DNA of 63,190 nt, filler included, from Stramenopiles sp. TOSAG23-2 (GCA_900128395.1; 8 parts of 8 records of this genome joined end to end with filler, not necessarily neighbours in it); one strand, 5' to 3'; shown: positions 34,911-47,676, counted from the whole stretch's first letter. Numbers and translations are program-made. Notes: generated by a model from the letters alone, not told the origin.

Positions 34911-35559
34911 ATTTTCCCTTTCATTTAATTATATTTGATCGCAAATTTATTTTGTGTTATTAGCCACGTGTCATAGTGCGCGATTGGCATTATTATTTAT
35001 TGTCTTTTCTCTTGAAGTCACTAGTCTCTCTCTCTCTCTGTGATGTGTTTTGAGTATTGAATAAATGATGTAGAAGACGACTATAATAATAATAATAATT
35101 TATTGTTTTTTTTTTAGTATGGTGCAAAACAAGAAAAAAGTCTGTTGTCGTCTGCCAGGTCTGCCAGTCTGCCAGTCAGTCTGCTGCGTCTGGTGCGATC
35201 CTGATGGCTGTCATATTATTATTAAGGTTATATAATGTATCTATATCCATATTTATATTTTAGTTGTTATCGGTATAAAATATTTGTACAGAAGAATACA
35301 GAGAGTAGCCAGTAAAATATGATACAGCAGAATATTACCAATTTGAAAACCGACCAGTTATATTTTTAAATTGTTAAATAGAGTGCCAAATAATAATAAA
35401 GCAAGCGGCAGTGTCAAATTATATTAAGAAATATTTATCATGTGTGAGAGTAAAATTTAAAAAATGATTTTAATGTCAGTAAGAGAAAAACAATTTTTAT
35501 TTTAAAAATTACGACCCGTATATTTTCGTACGGAGTTCGTATGTATGATACACGATTGA

Positions 35560-35692
35560 GCAATGTTACGATTCATTGCCCATCTTTCAGTTTAGTGAAA
35601 GATAGATATTATTTGTCTCAGTTATTGTATTCTTTCTGGAGAGTAGGAATTATCATGAGTAAATTAAAAAATAAGTTAATGCGCAATTAATT
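35560..35692 (+). repeat. Repeat family A copy (matches 33959-34084)
   Basis: gcaatgttacgatt...ggagagtaggaattatcatgagtaaattaaaaaataagttaatgc. Confidence 0.85.
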
Positions 35693-35740
35693 TTAATTAA
35701 TAATTATATACGGACGTATATCGATATACTGTCGCGGTAT

Positions 35741-36284
35741 TTATTCTTCCTGTTTTCTCACAAATGCAATAACAAATTTATCAGTAAGCATTGTCATTTC
35801 ATCATGGCGTTCACCATATACATCTTCAAAACATAATATTTCATCATCAGATTCTATATCGCTGCAATCGCAAGTAGTCGGTATATAATGTTTAAATCCA
35901 ATGTCTTCAAATGCTTTATATAATATATTGACATCCACAGAACGCAACTGAAAGGAAACTAAAAATTGTGCATTCAAATTTGTTTTATCTAATAAATGAT
36001 CAACAGTTTTGGCTAATAATTTACATTTTGTTTCAGCACCATCGCGTTCATATACAACATCAGATGCAAGAATTAAAGAGAATCCATGACCATGAGGTGT
36101 TTGATTCAGTAATTTCAACATTTCAAATTCATCACCCCACCACAAAATTTGATGAAATACATTTTTACAATCAGTTAGAAGAAAATTTTCTTTTGCACAT
36201 GCTATACATCGCTTTAGAACATCTTTATTTCCATCCGTCAATACAACAATAGGCGAGTCGTTTGATGCTACTTGCTGGTTATTT

Positions 36285-36317
<33 letters not shown>

Positions 36318-36784
36318 TCTAATATTGACGTTGATGATGATGCGTTCACTAATAATACATCATCATCGTTTTCTGTTATTACATGTTTATTCTTATTTCT
36401 ATTTTTATGAAGAGTGTTAGAAGAATTTTTATTATAATCATTTCTCACATTCGAGGAACCAATTTTCGCTGCACAAATAGCACCCAATAGACCCAAGCCA
36501 CAACCTAGTTCTAAAACTGTATTCCCGTGAATTTTAACATCAAAATGTTGTGATAAATAATCTGCTAATAAAGTACAACAAGGCCAAATTGCTTCACCTG
36601 TTGCTTTTTCATATAGAGTTAGATCTACAAGTCCTTTCATATCAATACCACAAAATGATAATGTACGATCCATTTGTGTTTTTGGATTAAAAAAAGTATA
36701 TGTATGATTAACAGTAGCAAATTCTTTCTTCTTTATCACTTGATTTACTGAAGATTCAGTATTGTTGGTTAATAACGATGCCAT
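35741..36784 (-). CDS. Methyltransf_16 (METTL21/EEF1AKMT-like) protein lysine methyltransferase
   Basis: TGEAIWP, VLELGCGLGL, VVLTDG, LWWG, ILASDVVY. Confidence 0.88.
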
Positions 36785-37645
36785 TTTTTTGTGTTTCTTT
36801 ATTTTTGCTAAATATTGTGTGTGTGTGTGTGTGTGTGTATTATGTAATTACACTGAACCAAATCAATGAGAGAGAAAAGTTGTTACTACTCCTGGACTCC
36901 ATATTATTCGAATTGTACAATTATTCTTTCTTCTTTCTTTTGTACCTGTATTGATTGCAATTATTATTATTATTGAAATTATATTAAGTGCTTATATGGC
37001 CAGCCGGGCTAATAGGTGGGCTGGTGGGCTAGTGGGTGTGCATAGAGCCGAAGATCCAATTTCTCGAGTGTATGAAAGCAAAACAAAATTAAAAATTATC
37101 ATAAAATATTATAGTAAATAAAACATAAAATAATGATTAAAATTAATATTTAATTAATTAAATTGGATTTAAATTTATAAATTAAAAATGAAAAATTAAT
37201 ATTAAATAATTTATTTTAGCTATTATAATATATTTATACCTAAATACACTCTAAAAAACATTAAATAGCATTTTTTTAATAATATGTTTTTATGTTTTTT
37301 TTTATATTTTTAAACTTTATTATGACCTTAATAAATTACTAAAAAAGGAAAAAATAGATATAAATTTAATTTTAAGTATTCATACTAAAAAATTCTTACT
37401 AAACAATTATTAGTACCGAATGTCATAGCACCATCCATATTGTCAAAATAATATACCTGGTAATGTATATTATATATAATATTTTTTTTTCTCGTTATTA
37501 TTATTATTATTATTATATATTTATTATTATTATATATTGTAAATAAATTAGATTAATAAATAATTTTTAAATGCAATGAAATTACATACTATACACAGAT
37601 TTAAAAATACTTACGATTCAATCACAACTTTGACGATTATTAAAA

Positions 37646-40600
37646 ATGGCACATAATGATTTAAGTTGGACAGTTTCTGACGATGAAGTTTCAAATGATG
37701 GAGATGATGAAAACAATAACATTGATATTATTATTGATAAAGATTATAATAATAACAATATATATATTGGTGAAGAAGAAATGGTCAAGTCGAAATCACC
37801 TTTACGAGTTGATATTCAACCAGGCAATACGGTAGATAGCAAACCTAGGTTAACGCTGCCTCATTCGACAGTACCGGGTGGTGCTGTACCATCGTCTTCA
37901 CCTTTTCCATCATCACAAACAACTGCACTACCTATCGTAGGGCCACCGCCACCACCACCAGTAGCAGCGTATTTTAGTGGAAATTTTCAACAGCAGCAGC
38001 ACCACCACATGATGATGATGCCACCACCGCTGCCACCACCAACATATTATCACCAGACACTTACGCCAACGATGCAACAACAATATTTTAACCATTTACA
38101 CAATAATCAAGCTGCTGGAAGTATGAATGCGGGTGCGCAACAACCATACCCTTCGCCGCACCAGCAGCAGCATCCAACAACAACAACGTTACATCATAGC
38201 ATAGCTGCTGATTCACCTATATCTGAGTCTGGTGAAAATGAACTTGAAGCTAGTACAAGATATGTTAGTAAATGGAGTCCAAGCTTATTTAACACTAGTA
38301 TATCCAGTGATCGAAAAGCAACAACTTTAATATCCCCTTTACCAATGCAATACCAAGACAATAATAATAACAAGAAAAAGAAGGAGACTGTTGGCAGCAA
38401 TTCGAAAGAATCATCAGTCATTTTTCTACCACAACAAACAATAGGTGATGCAGATGCCATATCTTCCATGGAATCATATTATCAAGCAGAAATTGAACGT
38501 TTGAAATCTCAATTGGAAACCAAGTCGAGAAGCAGCAATTTGAAAGAATCGGCAAATAGAGTTATCCTGGATAATTCCATCGACAGTGAAGATGTTTTAG
38601 AAACTAGCATTCCCATGGCGGCGGCGGCGGATCATCAGATCAATCAACTAGAATCTAAAATACGCTTTTTACAAGAAGAACAAGAAAATAAATATATATT
38701 ATATGAGAAAGAAAAAAATAATTTACAACATTTATTAGACGAGTCACGCCAAACTATTGCAAATTTAAAAGCAGCTGCTGCCGAAGACACAGAAGAATCT
38801 TCTATAAAAAACAGAAACGTTATGGAAAAGCTAGAAGATACATTTCGTAAACGTGAAGAAAGTTTAGAAAGTTCAATGAAAGATCAAGGAATTGCATTGC
38901 AAAAAGCACTTGCAAATGAAGTACGTTCAATTATTTATTTATATTTTTTTGCCTTTATTCTTCTTTTTACCATCACCAAAAACAAAAACTAACAAACATT
39001 TTCAATTATACATTTTTCTATATTTTATTTATGACTTCCTACCTTTTCTTCTTTGCGTCATATTTATACACTTGAAAATAGGCAACTGTACAAGCAGCAT
39101 TTAATTCATTGAAATTAGAAAAAGATAAATTAGAAAACGAAGTCAACAAATGGAGCAGTTTAACAAATCGTTTTCGCATGGAACGTGATGATTTAGCTGA
39201 GCAAAATACTGAATTGAAACGGCAATTGAATTTAGATTCAACAAATTTATCTCAAACAGAATATTTAAATCAAAAATTACAAAATGAAATAACAAATTAC
39301 AAGTCTATACTAGAGCAAAACGAACGTATTTTACGAACAGCAATGGACAAAGAAGAAACCTTAAGAGGTACTGTTTACAAGCTGCAAGAGCAAAATAAAG
39401 AATTAGAAACGGTAATATTGAATTTGCGTCGTAATTATGATATGAACATACGCAATCAAGAAATGAATGATAATTACAGCTTTAATCATTCATCTCAAAT
39501 GGATTATCAACTGCAACACCACCACCAGCGGCAGCTGTACGATGCAAAAAAACAGCTCCAACAATCCACACAACCACCACGGCAGCAAGCGAACCATCTA
39601 TCTTTATCCCCATCATCAATTACCAATCGCAAAGATTTAAAGCAACGATCTACAACAAATTTACTATATCATCATGAACATCAAGCATCGACACGCAAAA
39701 ATTATCAAAATGATAACGAGATTGGAAATGACAACAATGGTAGGAGAAACAATAACGATATGCGAAATGCATATGATCGTAGAAACAATATCGGTGGTGG
39801 TGTTATGGGGCGTGAATTTAGTGAAAACAACCGATACAATGCAATATCACCAAGTGGAAATTCCATGGTGAGTGTATTAGGGAAAAAATCCCTTCGTGAC
39901 TCTTCGCCACAACAATTTAGAAATCGTGGAAAAGTATCTGCGAAAGTAGCGACTGGTGGTAAACGAACAAATGATAGAATTTTTCCATCCTCATTAATTA
40001 ATAATATTTCTGCCACTAATACTATTAGTAATAAAAATAAAAATATCAATGGTACTGCTACTGATAATAAAGCAATAAAGCAAAACAAGTCAATTATAGA
40101 ATCAAGTATTTTCCCAATTGGTAGCTATCATATTGAAGATAGTAATACTGATTTAAACCATCAAAATAAAAACGAAGAGGCACATAGGAATGCAACAGAT
40201 GCTACAACTACCACTACATTAACACTAAAAAGTGAGAAAGAACTTATTGAAGAAGAAGCGCACGGTGCTGCCGTAAAAAATAGCAAAGATAACACTGCCA
40301 ACGTGAACGTGAATATACAACCTTCATCTTCTATAATCTCATTTCAAGAAGCTATGGAAAATGCTAGAAGAAAAAAAGCTGCTATTGCTAGTGCTGCTAT
40401 ACCTAGCGGCGAACGATCTTCTTCCTCATTTTCAATATCAACACCACGGAAGCAAGCAGCTACATTCGCAGCAAAACAAAATCGTCCAAATTTTAAAATC
40501 GAAGATCCTAAATCTTCAAGAGTAAAACCAATTGCATTGTTAACAGAAGAAGACAAACGCCAAGTGCGTTTACAACGCGTAAAACGGGCAGAGGCGGCAC

Positions 40601-40842
40601 CATTCGCTACGGAACATTCGTTAAATTTGCAAAAAAAACAAATGTCTGAAATTGAAAATCAATTAATAAAATTAGGTCTTGAAAAGACAATGTTGGAAAC
40701 AGAATTGATGAAAAATGAAAGTCTAGCTAGAAAGCGGATGGATGCTAGACATAAACAAAAAAGATTAGAGAATCGACTTGGAGAAATTGTAATGTTATCA
40801 AGTAAATTGAGACAGAAATTGAAACATGTTGAAGGTCGTTAG
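37646..40842 (+). CDS. Pro-rich/coiled-coil protein; exons 37646-38920 and 39082-40842
   Basis: Phase-0 intron 38921-39081 (gtacgt...actaac...aatag) joins ALANE to ATVQAAFNSLKLE in frame; C-terminal coiled coil. Confidence 0.75.
38921..39081 (+). other. Ordinary AT-rich spliceosomal intron (161 nt), unrelated to the Introner-like family
   Basis: GT-AG ends and in-frame joining of two ORFs; no similarity to the ABCC introns beyond splice signals. Confidence 0.75.
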
Positions 40843-41930
40843 TAAATGTATACGAGTGTGTGAAAACCTGGTACTCTCTATATCATAGAAAGGAGATAGA
40901 TTGCCGGATAGCAAGGAATGCTATTAGTTGAAACTGGTGCCTAACTTCTAAAATTAATTATATTTTTGTTGTACAGGTGTGTATTGTATGCATAAAGCCT
41001 ATGCATTCGTATAATATATCATAATAACTAGATATAGTAGTGTCTCTCCTTGAACTTTCAAGAAGTAACTCGCACCACAAACCACAAAATAAAATCAATC
41101 TCAATCTAAATATTTAAAAAATACAGTAACTTAATCTTTTGTTTATTAAAATATATTATGCATATCATAAAATCTTAAGGGCTTGAAATAATGCAACAAA
41201 AAATCGGCATTTTGACATTTCGCAGCTTTCTGGCTTTCCAAATAGTTTTTTTTTGATTGCTAAAAGGCGACACTATCGATAATAGTACTGTAGTAACTGT
41301 ACTGTATGTAGATAGCCACCCCACCCACTATACACTATGTACACTACAAGGAAGGCTAATCAGTATTCCTGGTATTCTGGTATTCTGGTATTCTCGTTTC
41401 ATTGCGTAGCTACACACTATCTAATAGCTACGTACCATGAATCAATCAAAAGAAAATGTTCATAATGCTATTTCTATATAAAATAATGGAGAACTTTCCT
41501 CATGCAATGGTATGGTCATGCTATTTGGTTCTCTTTCAAAACTACTAAAACCAACAATTTATTTAATACGTTGCACTTTCTTCTACTTGATTTCTTAAAT
41601 TAGTATTGTTAATGTGATTCCATGTCCTAATAAGATGTTCTTAGTTGTTAGTTCCAGTATCATGCATATGTTTGTACTACAGGCAAACGCTCGATTAAAT
41701 AACATGCACATACTATTATAGAAACAACAAACTAAAATATATATATGTATGACAAGTAGAAACAAACTTAATAATATGTTGAAACAATATACATATATCA
41801 AAGAAAAGACAAAACAATAGAAACAATCATTACAAAGTAAGTCAACAGAAACATTAACAATAACCACGCAGAATAAGCAGCATATATAGATATATATACA
41901 TATACAAATACATATATTATTCAAGTAATC

Positions 41931-42290
41931 ATGTCATTTAAACAAAAACATGCGTTTGAAAAACGTAAAGATGAAGCACACCGTATATTACAAAAATACC
42001 CAGAAAGAATACCAGTAATTTGTGAAAAGGATCCAAGAAGCCGTGATATACCAGATATCGATCGAAAAAAATACCTTGTACCAGCGGATTTGTCCATTGC
42101 TAACTTTATGTATGTAATCCGTAAGCGAATAAAGATTTCTCCTGAGAAATCTATTTATCTTTTTGTTGACAATACAGTTATGCCAGCAACTGCACAGTTG
42201 CTATCTGCATTATATGAAGAACATAAAGACCAAGATGGTTTCTTGTATATTACTTATGCCGGAGAGAGCACTTTTGGTGGGATGAATTAA
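41931..42290 (+). CDS. ATG8: ATG8/GABARAP autophagy protein
   Basis: [44 protein letters not shown] with the conserved C-terminal Gly. Confidence 0.98.
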   Translation: MSFKQKHAFEKRKDEAHRILQKYPERIPVICEKDPRSRDIPDIDRKKYLVPADLSIANFMYVIRKRIKISPEKSIYLFVDNTVMPATAQLLSALYEEHKDQDGFLYITYAGESTFGGMN

Positions 42291-43157
42291 AAAAGGATTA
42301 TAAATCAGTAGAAAAATTGTAGTTGATTTTTCTAGGGAACCTTGACTGTAAAATATACAAAGCGGAAAATTAACGAAAGCAAACAAAGGCTTGTTGTACA
42401 TTGGTACCTATGATATGAATGAAAAAATGCTTGCATGAAAAAATGTAAACAAGAAAGAAAAATATTAATATTATATAAATGAAAAAAATTTGGGTTTACC
42501 TCATTAGGGAGATGTTGTACAATCATACTTTTATATAATATGTGTGTGTAGAAATGGAATTTAGTTTTATATATTTAATATCATTATATAATACCATATA
42601 TGGTATCATATTCATATGATATATATATAGCATGATGAGATAGATATTATTGCCTCGGTTATCATATATAATGATATGATATGATATGATATGTCATACA
42701 TCATTCTTTTGAAGAAGTATCATTATATTTATATTTTAATATATAAATAAGGATAACATATATCATAATTCCTACTCATGACAATTCCTACTACGAACTC
42801 GTATATATAATGCATATATATGCATATGACATATCATATGATATGAACGCATCGTAGGAATTATCATGTGTGTGAGTAAAGTGCTATCATAAAAATTGGC
42901 CATCAAAAATTAAATTATATAATAATGACCCGGTTTATCTGACCCGAAGCACCTAATGGACAAAAAAACATATTATATAGGTAAATATTTCTAGTATACA
43001 ACTACTCCATACTTAGACCAGAGATTTCAGGTTTGATAGTAAAATATGTGTAATTTGTACTCATTAGTATACTTAAATTATTAATCAACTGGAAGTCTCT
43101 CTCAAGAAAAACCGGGTCATATATGATATAAATAAAAAAATATAAAAATAATATAAT

Positions 43158-43293
43158 TTTTACTCAACGATAATTCCTACTCTCCAAAAGAATAAAAATG
43201 TAACTCAATAATCTGTCTGCTCACACTATGCATAGTGTTAGTGTGTCAATACTCTCCATATAGAAGAGAAATACCAATGGAGGTAAATAGATG
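43158..43293 (-). repeat. Repeat family A copy (diverged); further fragments at about 33167-33315 and 42636-42868
   Basis: gataattcctactctccaaaagaata and ataccaatggaggtaaatagat match the copies at 33781 and 52488-52640. Confidence 0.7.
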
Positions 43294-43357
43294 GGTATAT
43301 ATATTTATATCAACGTACATTATATACGCGAATATATAAATATGAATATCATGTCCT

Positions 43358-44539
43358 TTAAACTTGTAAAACTCTTGCTAATTTTTGTATACGGTTTAAC
43401 AAGGCATCGCCATCTTTTAAAGTATTTTGATATTGTGAATTTTTCGCATCTGGTCTATTTGTTTCAATAATTCCAGCTACTTTATCAATTTTCGCCTCTA
43501 ATCTACCCATGGTAATAAAACGAAATAATTCTTGATCGATGAAACTTACTTTGACACCAAACATAGCTGCCATGCTTTCCAATGTTACACTTTTATAACT
43601 TGCTAAGAATTGCTTATATGCAGCAACACGCATTTCTTTAATATAGTAATGCGTATGCTCAGCAAAGTAGCGGCTCCGTTGAATATGGTCGTGTACTGCA
43701 GTAAATGAGCGTATATAACCTTTGTAATCACAATCATACATTGCATTTAAAAATACACCTATTTCTGGCAATTCACGGATAACTGTTAATACGTCAGGGG
43801 AGTCAATGATTTTTTTTTTCAAATCTCCACGTTTTAATGTAAGCATACCTAAAAGGACAGCATACGACACGAAGGTGTTATAAGTCATGACTTCATAGCA
43901 TGTAAACGTAGCAATGCTACTCATTAAATTTTCTGACGCACCCTCAAAATCACGCATGATCATTTGGTACGAAGCTTCATATATTTTCAAACGATTTCTA
44001 CGTTCCCAATCACCACCCTTTTCAATTAACGTTTTTGCTTTTGCAATATTTTGTTTTAAAATATCTTTATCCATATGAAAAAGTCCAACTCGTATATGCT
44101 TCAAAACGGCATCAATTTTAGTACCAGTCGACATACTTTCCACTGGAATTTCATCAATTGCCTCCACGGATTTTGATTTATCGCCTATTAAAAAATAAAA
44201 ATCTGCCTTTGCAGTTCTTGCATCTAGAATTTCAACTTCACCTTCAGATTCTTTTGCCTTTTCAAGTTGTTCAGCTAATTCCTTTAACTTTTCCTCGTTA
44301 GCTTTTTTCATAGTATTCAAAAATGTTTGATCTACGTTCCATCCAAGTTTTGAACAGCATTCTTCATAAAAAACACTCATATTATTTTCCTTGATGCCAT
44401 CCATCAATTCTCGCTTCAACTTTATTTTTTCATCTGGTGGCACGATGCTATCTGGACGCTGCAATAGGAACCGCTTATCGGCCAACGCCATATGCCTACC
44501 AGCTTTTAAATCCTCTTCTGCAGCTGCAACTAAAGACAT
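43358..44539 (-). CDS. RPN7: 26S proteasome lid subunit RPN7/PSMD6
   Basis: EKGGDWERRNRLKIY, SIATFT, EMRVAAYKQFLASYKSVTL, IDKVAGIIETNRPD.KN..YQ...K.GD.LLNRIQKL. Confidence 0.97.
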   Translation of the reverse strand: MSLVAAAEEDLKAGRHMALADKRFLLQRPDSIVPPDEKIKLKRELMDGIKENNMSVFYEECCSKLGWNVDQTFLNTMKKANEEKLKELAEQLEKAKESEGEVEILDARTAKADFYFLIGDKSKSVEAIDEIPVESMSTGTKIDAVLKHIRVGLFHMDKDILKQNIAKAKTLIEKGGDWERRNRLKIYEASYQMIMRDFEGASENLMSSIATFTCYEVMTYNTFVSYAVLLGMLTLKRGDLKKKIIDSPDVLTVIRELPEIGVFLNAMYDCDYKGYIRSFTAVHDHIQRSRYFAEHTHYYIKEMRVAAYKQFLASYKSVTLESMAAMFGVKVSFIDQELFRFITMGRLEAKIDKVAGIIETNRPDAKNSQYQNTLKDGDALLNRIQKLARVLQV

Positions 44540-45202
44540 GTTTTGAAAAAAGTAGATATAATTGTTATAAGTATATACGTATACGATGTATATTACTACA
44601 ACGCGATCTCAATTTACCTGTATATATTTGTCACTATATATAATTGCTATTTAGATATCTTTTTTTTTTCTCCTCTTGATGTACGCTAATATAATATAAT
44701 ATATTTCTATTCTTATGTTACGTTTCAACATATATTTTAAATATAATTAATTAATGTATACATATATATATTTAACAAAAAAATAAATACCATTCTTATT
44801 AGTGTTATTATTTCGTCTTCATCTCACGTCGTCGTCGATCATTGATTCAATATTTTATGTGATTCTAGAATACTTGGTATGAAGAATGATAAGAAATTCA
44901 TTATTGAAATTTATGGTGCTATGGTGCTATGCTGCTATTCTAGAATTTTTTTTTATTTGAATTTCGTAGCGGCAACAGAGAGAATTCTCTCTGGTTACAA
45001 TATAGATAGTAGAATAGTGTAAAGCACTAAAGTCTATATTTAGGATTTAAGGACGAGGACAGGGTTTTCGTAGATACAGATGTACGTAAAAGCCCTATAT
45101 ACGCTATATTCTATATTAAGGTAAAAGTCAAAAGTCATGGTATTTTTTTTTTATAACAACATGCGGCGCTTTGACTGCTAGCTGGCTAGCCCAGGCTAGC
45201 TA

Positions 45203-46915
45203 TTAGCTCGCCATGAAAAAAACACCGACTAAAAAAAATGTACCAAATATATCACCAAGCGCAGTTAACCACGGCGTTGCATAATTATCTGGATCTATTT
45301 CACAGCGAAACAATATACGAGTGATTTTTGTTATAAATAATAACACCAAAACAATTTGCAATGTACTTGCCAATATATATAAACCAATGATTAGCCAATT
45401 TATTTTAACATGGCCAAGATTCAAAAAATAAACAACCATTAAAAAAATACCTTGTAATGGCAAATTAGCAAACAGCAAGGATAGACAAATTTTTAACTCC
45501 TCTTCCGTTTTACCAGTATGCAGTGACGAACACAGACGACTTGCATATACAGCACCAAGGTTTCCACCGATGCCATTGATATATGGTATTAAAACCGCAA
45601 TGCCTTTATAACGCATTACATTTTGTTCTAATATTACACCGGCTATTTGGCTCAAGGCTAAGCTGGATACTAGTGGCAACCAGCCGGTTTTCAAAACAGG
45701 ACGACAAAGTTCTTCTCGTTTTGCAACATTCCAAAACAAAGGCAATAAAATCAAATGAACAAATATGATCAGTGGCGACCAGTAAATCCCTAAAATGTCA
45801 CTTTTATCTAGTGATAGATCATAAAAAAATGTTCCAAAAAGTGCTAAAAGTCCAGTAGTACATGCATCACCAAAGCTACTAACAATTGGCGTGACAATAT
45901 TATCAGGGTCAATATCATATGCCACAGAACAGGTAATTAAATAAGCAGTCAATGACCCTAAGACAAATGCAGCACTTGACATCGTTATTAAAATAGATGC
46001 CAACATGACAAGATTTGGTAAAAATAAAAAGACACCATTGGATATACTACTTATAATAATGGAACCAACGGCGGTTATCAAGGCACATATGATTGCTTGT
46101 ACTTGAACAAGTGCTAAACTTGAAATTATAATTTCACGCGTCCGTTGTTTATCATCCATGTAACCTGAATGTGCAGCTGTTGCAAGCCGCGATGCAAGCG
46201 TCATATCTAAACTTCCTTTCAAACCCAACAACATCGGTATGGCCATGAAATACGCCGTGTTTGACTCAAACACGGGCCAATGTTGCGTAATATCTAGAAC
46301 ATACCCAGATAAAAATAACCCGAACGCTGCTATAACTAAGGCAGGTAACACTTGAGAGCCATCTTTAATTAAATTAAACTTATTCACGTTACTTGGTATT
46401 TCCATGGATTGAAACACTGGAACACTTTTTTTCTTCCCGCGTCTGCCTTTTTTTCCATTTCTTTGACTCGACACTTTCTTGCTCATTTTTAACATACTCT
46501 GTGGACGCAAAGACCCATCAGATTCACCTGGTTTTTCCCACGGTGGTGGTAAATCCAATGCGTGTGTAAGACTTTCTTTATGGTGGTTATGAGCATGAGT
46601 ATTATTATTATTTCTATTTTCAATATTATCATTCGCAACTTGAGTCATCTCTACATCAACACTGACAGTTTCTGGACCTCTCCTTATTTTTATTTTTTTG
46701 AGATTATTGTTGCTTTCATCATTCCAAGCAAATTTAACTTCATGTTGAATTTGTTTTCCATCTGTTTTCTTATTTTTCAAATCTTCAGTTTTATTATCAT
46801 TTTCCTCTCCCGACTCATCGCCCATCTGGTCATCTTCATTATTATCATACTCAACATCATCCACTTTCCTATATGGACTTTGCACCGATCCGAACGATTT
46901 TAATATTTTGAACAT
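45203..46915 (-). CDS. SLC41/MgtE-type divalent cation transporter
   Basis: PMLLGLKGSLDMTLASRL, DPDNIVTPIVSSFGD, GIGGNLGAVYASR, DPDNYATPWLTALGD (two MgtE repeats). Confidence 0.92.
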   Translation of the reverse strand: MFKILKSFGSVQSPYRKVDDVEYDNNEDDQMGDESGEENDNKTEDLKNKKTDGKQIQHEVKFAWNDESNNNLKKIKIRRGPETVSVDVEMTQVANDNIENRNNNNTHAHNHHKESLTHALDLPPPWEKPGESDGSLRPQSMLKMSKKVSSQRNGKKGRRGKKKSVPVFQSMEIPSNVNKFNLIKDGSQVLPALVIAAFGLFLSGYVLDITQHWPVFESNTAYFMAIPMLLGLKGSLDMTLASRLATAAHSGYMDDKQRTREIIISSLALVQVQAIICALITAVGSIIISSISNGVFLFLPNLVMLASILITMSSAAFVLGSLTAYLITCSVAYDIDPDNIVTPIVSSFGDACTTGLLALFGTFFYDLSLDKSDILGIYWSPLIIFVHLILLPLFWNVAKREELCRPVLKTGWLPLVSSLALSQIAGVILEQNVMRYKGIAVLIPYINGIGGNLGAVYASRLCSSLHTGKTEEELKICLSLLFANLPLQGIFLMVVYFLNLGHVKINWLIIGLYILASTLQIVLVLLFITKITRILFRCEIDPDNYATPWLTALGDIFGTFFLVGVFFMAS

Positions 46916-47252
46916 ATTTGTATTGGACCTTGTATCGCATGGATTAATATGAGTAATAACAATTGAAATACTATTAATAAGTATATATATATCACATCAA
47001 CTATTAACTTTTTATTTATTTTTTAAATAATAATAATATTTTTTTTTTTATTTTAATAAAAAACTTTACCCCAGGTCCCAGGTAAACCTTTTTTTATATA
47101 TAGTACCAGGTACTACAGGTAATATAATAATAATAAGTGCATACCAGGCATACTAAAATACCAGCGCACCAGCCCGCCAGGTAAAATTTTTCAAAAAAAA
47201 AAGGTTTTTTTTAAGGTACTACGGTGGTGTGATGTTTTGAACCCTAGGGGCG

Positions 47253-47450
47253 TACTTGTTTGTAGTCTCCGTGGCGGCGTTTTCTGAAATCGCAATGGAA
47301 AACGCATCGTTAGCAGGTGTTTAGAAGGTAATCCGTTTTCCATCACGAAAGTCATTTCGGCGGCTGGACCACCAATATGACCCAGAATAGTCGATCCTTA
47401 AAATCGACGGCTAGCGATCCAAGAGAGATGTCGAAAGACTACAACAAGTA
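47253..47450 (+). ncRNA. Predicted multi-stem structured RNA or ssDNA (left end of YR island)
   Basis: Closing stem 47253-47268/47436-47450 (one bulge); stems 47277-47284/47298-47305 and 47306-47314/47410-47418 (one G.U); hairpins 47346-47359 and 47390-47408. Folded by eye; expression unknown. Confidence 0.5.
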
Positions 47451-47483
47451 TAGAAACTACTAGAATTTATTTTTTATTGTACA

Positions 47484-47634
47484 ACCATACCAAGAGACTA
47501 TGACCGTCATAGGGTCCCAGTGCTGTGTGTATGCTTACAGACAAATCTCATGCAAACCCACCACCATACCAAGAGACTATGACCGTCATAGGGTCCCGGT
47601 GCTGTGTGTATGGACTCCGACAAATCTCATGCAA
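47484..47634. repeat. Two 72-nt direct repeats (period 79) with internal palindrome CTATGAC-C-GTCATAG
   Basis: accataccaagagactatgaccgtcatagggtccc[a/g]gtgctgtgtgtatg...gacaaatctcatgcaa at 47484 and 47563. Confidence 0.92.
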
Positions 47635-47676
47635 TTTGAAAATAGCTTATAAAATTATTTTATAATTTTTATTTTA

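Noticed and set aside
26523-36838. (TG)n microsatellites and poly-Asn (AAT)n tracts
   Set aside because: Ordinary slippage repeats in an AT-rich protist genome.
47380-47450. Group I intron, RNase P/MRP or hammerhead identity for the left fold
   Set aside because: GACTA and ATAGTC words occur in the wrong order for group I P7, and hammerhead or RNase P core motifs were not found by eye; an Rfam search is still needed.
47484-47634. CRISPR array
   Set aside because: Only two 72-nt units with a 7-nt gap, no spacer-sized unique sequence, no cas genes, eukaryotic context.
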